A stretch of DNA of 64,000 nucleotides from Eledone cirrhosa (lineage: Eukaryota), in the NCBI GenBank assembly GCA_964016885.1, contig OZ024744.1, positions 96,658,001 through 96,722,000 on the forward strand, read 5' to 3'. This document shows, piece after piece, positions 58,308 through 64,000 of the stretch (its first letter is position 1; every line of letters starts with the position of its first letter). Below the pieces are notes generated by a model that was given only the letters and a program-made list of their open reading frames with translations, had not been told where the DNA came from and ran no database searches. A program made the translations under genes and the position numbers.

Positions 58308-59440
58308 AACACTCACAAACACACACACACATATACACACACATACACACACACACACACACTGACACACATACACACAAGCACACACGTACTCACGCAC
58401 ACACACACACATACACACTCACACACATACACACAGACACACCCATACACACCCATACACACTCATACACACATACACACACACATACACACACATATAC
58501 ACACACACATACACACACACACTGACACACATACACACACGTACTCACACAGACACACCCATACACACTCATACACACATACACACACACACATATACAC
58601 ACACACTGACACACATACACACAAGCACACACGTACTCACGCACGCACACACACACACACATACACACTCACACACATACACACAAACACACCCATACAC
58701 ACTCATACACACATACACACACACACATACACACACACACACTGACACACATACACACAAGCACACGTACTCACGCACACACACACATACACACTCACAC
58801 ACATACACACAAACACACACACACGTACTCACACAGACACACCCATACACACTCATACACACATACACACACATACACACACATATACACACACACTGAC
58901 ACACATACACACAAGCACACACGTACTCACGCACACACACACACACACATACACACTCACACACAAACACACAGACACACCCATACACACTCATACACAC
59001 ATACACACACACACATACACACACATATACACACACACATACACACAAGCACACACGTACTCACGCACATACACACATACACACTCACACACATACACAC
59101 AAACACACACACACACGTACTCACACAGACACACCCATACACACTCATACACACATACATACACACACATACACACACACAAGCACACAAATACCCACAT
59201 ACACACACACACGTACTCACACAGACATACCCATACACACACACACGCGTACTCACACATACATGCCCATACACACACGCACACACGTACTCACGCACAT
59301 ACACACACACACGAACTCACATACACACATGCAAAGACACGCACACATGTACTCACACACACAGATACACACACGTACTCACACACATACATAAACACAC
59401 ACACACACACATATATACAGACACACACACTCACACACAC
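58308..59440. repeat. CA-rich compound microsatellite with higher-order units
   Basis: ACACGTACTCAC and CACCCATACAC blocks recur. Confidence 0.9.
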
Positions 59441-59609
59441 ATGCATATCTGTGTACACGTCACAATATTATAAAAGCATAAACCTGAGTAATTAAATAAC
59501 CCCACCCCCTCCAGTCCCACTTCTTCCCACCCCACAAAAATGAGAAAAAAATGATCCTAATAATTATATCATCCCCATCACCACCATCACCATCACCACC
59601 ACCACCACC

Positions 59610-59865
59610 ATCATCATCATCATAACCATCATCCTCATCATCATCATCATCACGTTCCCCTGTAACTGGTGCAGCCAGTCGTTTGGGTGCCACTCTGGGC
59701 GTTTTCACATTTACTCGTCACATTTACTCGTCTTTATTCTCTGTCATGCGTAGAAGTGTCTCGATATTTTGACCAGTCCAGATTTTGATGTTGTCGGGTC
59801 CAGGATTTTCTTTGTTTGCCTCTTCTTCGCCCTCCTTCGACTGTGCTCAGAAGAATGATTTTAAA
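59610..59865 (-). mobile_element. RTE LINE 3' end with (GAT)n tail
   Basis: Minus-strand translation IILLSTVEGGRRRGKQRKSW. Confidence 0.7.
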
Positions 59866-59873
59866 CAATTATA

Positions 59874-60083
59874 CAGGGTGGCTCAAAAGTCAGGCAGGGT
59901 TTTATAGTTTTTATTAACTTCCTGAATTGTACAGATTGATGTATGAAATTTGATACAGCTCAAAGGACATAATGGAAATTATTTTGCATTCATCAATCCT
60001 TGTCACTCCTCTACATTACTTATGAAAAAATGCATCTTTCAATTGGTAGCCATGCGACCCCTGCGTGATTTTGGGCCACCCTG
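59874..60083. mobile_element. Tc1/mariner-type MITE
   Basis: TA-CAGGGTGGCTCAAAA...TTTTGGGCCACCCTG-TA. Confidence 0.8.
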
Positions 60084-60360
60084 TATATCAACTTCTTAGT
60101 AGAAATTGCCATTTTAAGAACTCAAGTGTAGCAGAAGAACTTTCTATAAGGAATTATATTTAACTAAATAAATGAATAGATAAATAAATAAAACAATGAA
60201 ATACCGTACTTATAGGTGAGAGATAGTCCATTTTAGCCGTTTGTTCGAGCTAACCGATGCTATGGTTAGTATAAAGTGACCCTATTAGATATTTTAATTA
60301 GAAATTTCGGAAATTTTCTAATTTCCTAACGCTTTTCAGTTGTCTGATCTTAGAAGCATT

Positions 60361-61195
60361 TTGTCTACGCGTACTTCTTGTGCTGATATGACTTCACATG
60401 ATTGTTTAAGTGATGTGTCCTTCGTATTAGTGTCATTTTGTCTACGCGTACTTCGTGTGGTGATATGACTTCACATGATTGTTTAAGTGAGGTGTCCTTC
60501 CTATTAGTGTCATTAGGTCTACTCGTACTTCTTTTGGTGATATGACTTCACATGATTGTTTAAGTGATGTGTCCTTCGTATTAGTGTCATTTGGTCTACT
60601 CGTACTTCTTGTGGTGATATGACTTCACATGATTGTTTAAGTGAGGTGTCCTTCGTATTAGTGTCATTTGGTCTACTCGTACTTCTTGTGGTGATATGAC
60701 TTCACATGATTGTTTAAGTGAGGTGTCCTTCGTATTAGTGTCATTAGGTCTACTCGTACTTCTTTTGGTGATATGACTTCACATGATTGTTTAAGTTTTG
60801 TGTCCTTCGTATTAGTGTCATTTGGTCTACTCGTACTTCTTGTGGTGATATGACTTCACATGATTGTTTAAGTGATGTGTCCTTCGTATTAGTGTCATTA
60901 GGTCTACTGGTACTTCGTGTGGTGATATGACTTCACATGATTGTTTAAGTGATGTGTCCTTCGTATTAGTGTCATTAGGTCTACTCGTACTTCGTGTGGT
61001 GATATGACTTCACATGATTGTTTAAGTGATGTGTCCTTCGTATTAGTGTCATTTGGTCACCTCGTACTTCTTGTGGTTATATGACTTCACATGATTGTTT
61101 AAGTGCTGTGTCCTTCGTATTAGTGTCATTTGGTCTACTCGTACTTCTTGTGGTGATATGACTTCACACCGTTGTTTAAATACTGTGTCCTTCGT
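60361..61195. repeat. 77-bp minisatellite, about 11 units
   Basis: GTCTAC recurs at 60363, 60440, 60517 and onward. Confidence 0.95.
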
Positions 61196-61199
61196 TTTT

Positions 61200-61960
61200 A
61201 AACAATTTGTCAGTCAGTGCTATTTTCTTCTTTGTCTTCACTTCTCGCTAATTCTCTTCTCCTCTTGTTGTGAATGATACATAGATTTCTATTTCATTTC
61301 ATTTTTACTACCCAGTTCTTGTTTCGTTCAAAATATCGTTGTCACCATTCATACAACCGGATTCTTTGTAATTTAGCTAGCATAGTTTGTTTCAGGTGTT
61401 CTTTGATTTCGAATAATTCCTTTGTTTTTTTGTTTTGTTGTTTTGTTGTTTTTTTGTTTGTTATATTTCTATAATATTTATCTGTCCTTATTTATTACGT
61501 TAAGGCTTTTCATTTATTTTCTACATTTGTTTTCCAACGTTTGCTTAAATTATTATATTCCTATGAGTAGATCTGCTGGAGTATCCACTTCCTTTCTATC
61601 AACAATGGCTGCTGCTTATATAATTTCATTTAGCCTACTGACATCGATATTGCTGTTTAGTTTCATTAAATCCGCCATGTCCAGGTTTGAGAGTTTTTTT
61701 TTTATTGCTGTGGTTACTATTTTATCGTTGTTTCATCTTTTGAAAGTACTATTCGCTGGTGCACAGGGAAATCTATTGTTATTAATTTTTTTATTATTTC
61801 TACATTATTATACGTTCATGGTTTCTAGCTTTAGAATTTTATAACCTTAAATGTCTTCTCATATCCCTTTCTATTTATATTTTTCTTGATTCTTGTTTTG
61901 TTGGTCTGTAATTTGCAGGTGTTTTCTCTGCTTTGATTGTGTTGTTTACTTTATTTTGTT
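61200..61960 (-). mobile_element. decayed N-terminal region of an R4/Dong-like LINE
   Basis: Stop-interrupted NEII*AAAIV and LAKLQRIRLYE...RYFERN resemble pre-RT motifs of this group. Confidence 0.4.
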
Positions 61961-61992
61961 TTACATATATCAATCTACCGCCATGAATTATT

Positions 61993-63050
61993 GGCACGTG
62001 GCCCTAGTGGTAAGGATGTTGGACTTACACTCATAGTCTCATGGATTTGATTCATTCACTGGGTTGTGTGTTGTGTTCTTGAGCAAAACACTTCATTTAA
62101 CGTTGCTCCAGTATACTCAGTGGAGGTCTGTAGCTTAGTGGTAAAGGTGTTGGACTTATGATCATAATGTTGTGGGTTTGATTCTTGGACTGGGTTGTGT
62201 GTTGTGTTCTTGAGCAAAACACTTCATTTAACGTTGCTCCAGTATACTCAGTGGAGGTCTGTAGCTTAGTGGTAAAGGTGTTGGACTTATGATCATAATG
62301 TTGTGGGTTTGATTCTTGGACTGGGTTGTGTGTTGTGTTCTTGAGCAAAACACTTCATTTAACGTTGCTCCAGTATACTCAGTGGAGGTCTGTAGCTTAG
62401 TGGTAAAGGTGTTGGACTTATGATCATAATGTTGTGGGTTTGATTCTTGGACTGGGTTGTGTGTTGTGTTCTTGAGCAAAACACTTCATTTAACGTTGCT
62501 CCAGTATACTCAGTGGAGGTCTGTAGCTTAGTGGTAAAGGTGTTGGACTTATGATCATAATGTTGTGGGTTTGATTCTTGGACTGGGTTGTGTGTTGTGT
62601 TCTTGAGCAAAACACTTCATTTAACGTTGCTCCAGTATACTCAGTGGAGGTCTGTAGCTTAGTGGTAAAGGTGTTGGACTTATGATCATAATGTTGTGGG
62701 TTTGATTCTTGGACTGGGTTGTGTGTTGTGTTCTTGAGCAAAACACTTCATTTAACGTTGCTCCAGTATACTCAGTGGAGGTCTGTAGCTTAGTGGTAAA
62801 GGTGTTGGACTTATGATCATAATGTTGTGGGTTTGATTCTTGGACTGGGTTGTGTGTTGTGTTCTTGAGCAAAACACTTCATTTCACGTTGCTCCAGCTG
62901 AAAATGAGTACCAGCAATGGCTGGGTGTTGAACTCTTCGATGGACTGGCGTCCTGTCCAGGGGGGGGTGGGGAGTCTTGTACTCTCAGTCACTTAGAACC
63001 AAAGAAACTGAGATAAATAGTGGTATCATCATCCTTCCGACTTGAGATGT
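61993..63050 (+). mobile_element. CORE-type SINE with tRNA head tandemly amplified 7x (131-bp unit)
   Basis: Each unit has TAGCTTAGTGG (A box), GGTTTGATTC (B box-like) and CTTGAGCAAAACACTT; a single body follows at ~62890. Confidence 0.88.
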
Positions 63051-63147
63051 TTTTATTTTTGTGGCATATTTCGTTGCTGTTATTTGTTTTTACGTTTTGC
63101 ATTCTTTGTTTTAAGTGTGCTACTTAAATATATATATATATATATAT

Positions 63148-63219
63148 GATGTGTTGGTGTAAATGGTAGCACAGTGGTCCGGATAACCAAAGATGTGGGT
63201 TCGACTCCCATGTACGTCA
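63148..63219 (+). tRNA. tRNA-like cloverleaf (pseudogene or SINE head)
   Basis: Acceptor GATGTGT/GTACGTC (3 G-U), D stem GTGT/GCAC, anticodon stem TGGT/ACCA with loop CCGGATA, T arm GTGGG TTCGACT CCCAT; TTTTT ~10 nt downstream. Confidence 0.55.
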
Positions 63220-63364
63220 ATACTCATCTTTTTCCATTTCTCCGAGGGTTCTTAACCCTACTATCAGGCTAAATAATTTCTTTAATTTCTTTAGTCACAA
63301 TACGGCGATAGCTTACATTTCTAATAATTTCAAACCCACTCGCTGTTTCGAAAATATTCTTACT

Positions 63365-63395
<31 letters not shown>

Positions 63396-63525
63396 CGCTA
63401 TTCCGGGTTGAATCGGAGGAAACCACAGTAAGTAAGGTACTCAATACATTGCAGAGTATAAAAGTTTTAATATAGATGAGATTCTACAGGACTAGAACTG
63501 TATCATTCTTTAGAAATCATCAGGA

Positions 63526-63582
63526 ATGAGATTCCTGATGATTTCTAAAGAATGAAACAGTTCTACTCCTGTAGAATCTCAT
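63526..63582 (+). ncRNA. type-I hammerhead ribozyme in a PLE-type foldback (63398-63592)
   Basis: ATGAGATTC-CTGATGA-T TTCT aa AGAA T-GAA-ACAG ttctactc CTGT-A-GAATCTCAT. Confidence 0.8.
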
Positions 63583-64000
63583 CTATATTAAACAAAAAAA
63601 AAATATATATATATAATAAAGAGTTGACGGACCCAGCATATTATCAATGCCAGGATCGTTTGTATCTCAGCGTACTCAATAGGCAATGTAAGATACATTC
63701 CCAGAGTATACACATAGTTATTTGCTTCAACACAACACACGTAAAACAGGTGCCTATATATCTATTTATATATATATATATATATATTTCAAGTATGAAC
63801 ACGTACACACATACATATATATACACACACACATACACACACACACATATATATATATATACACACACACACACATATATATATATACACACACCCATAT
63901 ACATATACACATATGTACGTATGGCTTATATCGAACAGAAACATGTTGATTGTGCCAGTGTTGATCAAACAGGTTACGATCGGTCATCGGCACGACACAG

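Noticed and set aside
60361-62900. CRISPR-like arrays
   Set aside because: Whole units repeat with no unique spacers, there are no cas genes, and the context is eukaryotic

Overview
AT-rich, microsatellite-saturated animal genomic DNA. A cephalopod (Octopus-like) origin is inferred from the SINE/LINE repertoire and is not proven. No host protein-coding gene can be supported, and almost all listed ORFs are translations of (TA)n/(CA)n/(ACC)n repeats. The window is a stack of mobile elements: a near-full-length Naiad-type Penelope-like element (PLE), a full-length Tx1-type LINE plus an internally deleted copy, R4/Dong-like RLE LINEs and non-autonomous RTE derivatives clustered in (ATGT)n, a deleted mariner with about 100-bp TIRs, tandem non-autonomous Helitrons, MITEs, two tRNA-derived SINE families and several minisatellites. 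The most notable unannotated signal is a set of at least 7 foldable type-I hammerhead ribozyme motifs from about 4 sequence families, plus degenerate copies. Several sit inside foldback (inverted-repeat) structures next to (TA)n. One has a 72-nt insertion in stem II, and one was hit by a SINE yet rebuilt by the target-site duplication. All folds were paired by eye, not computed.
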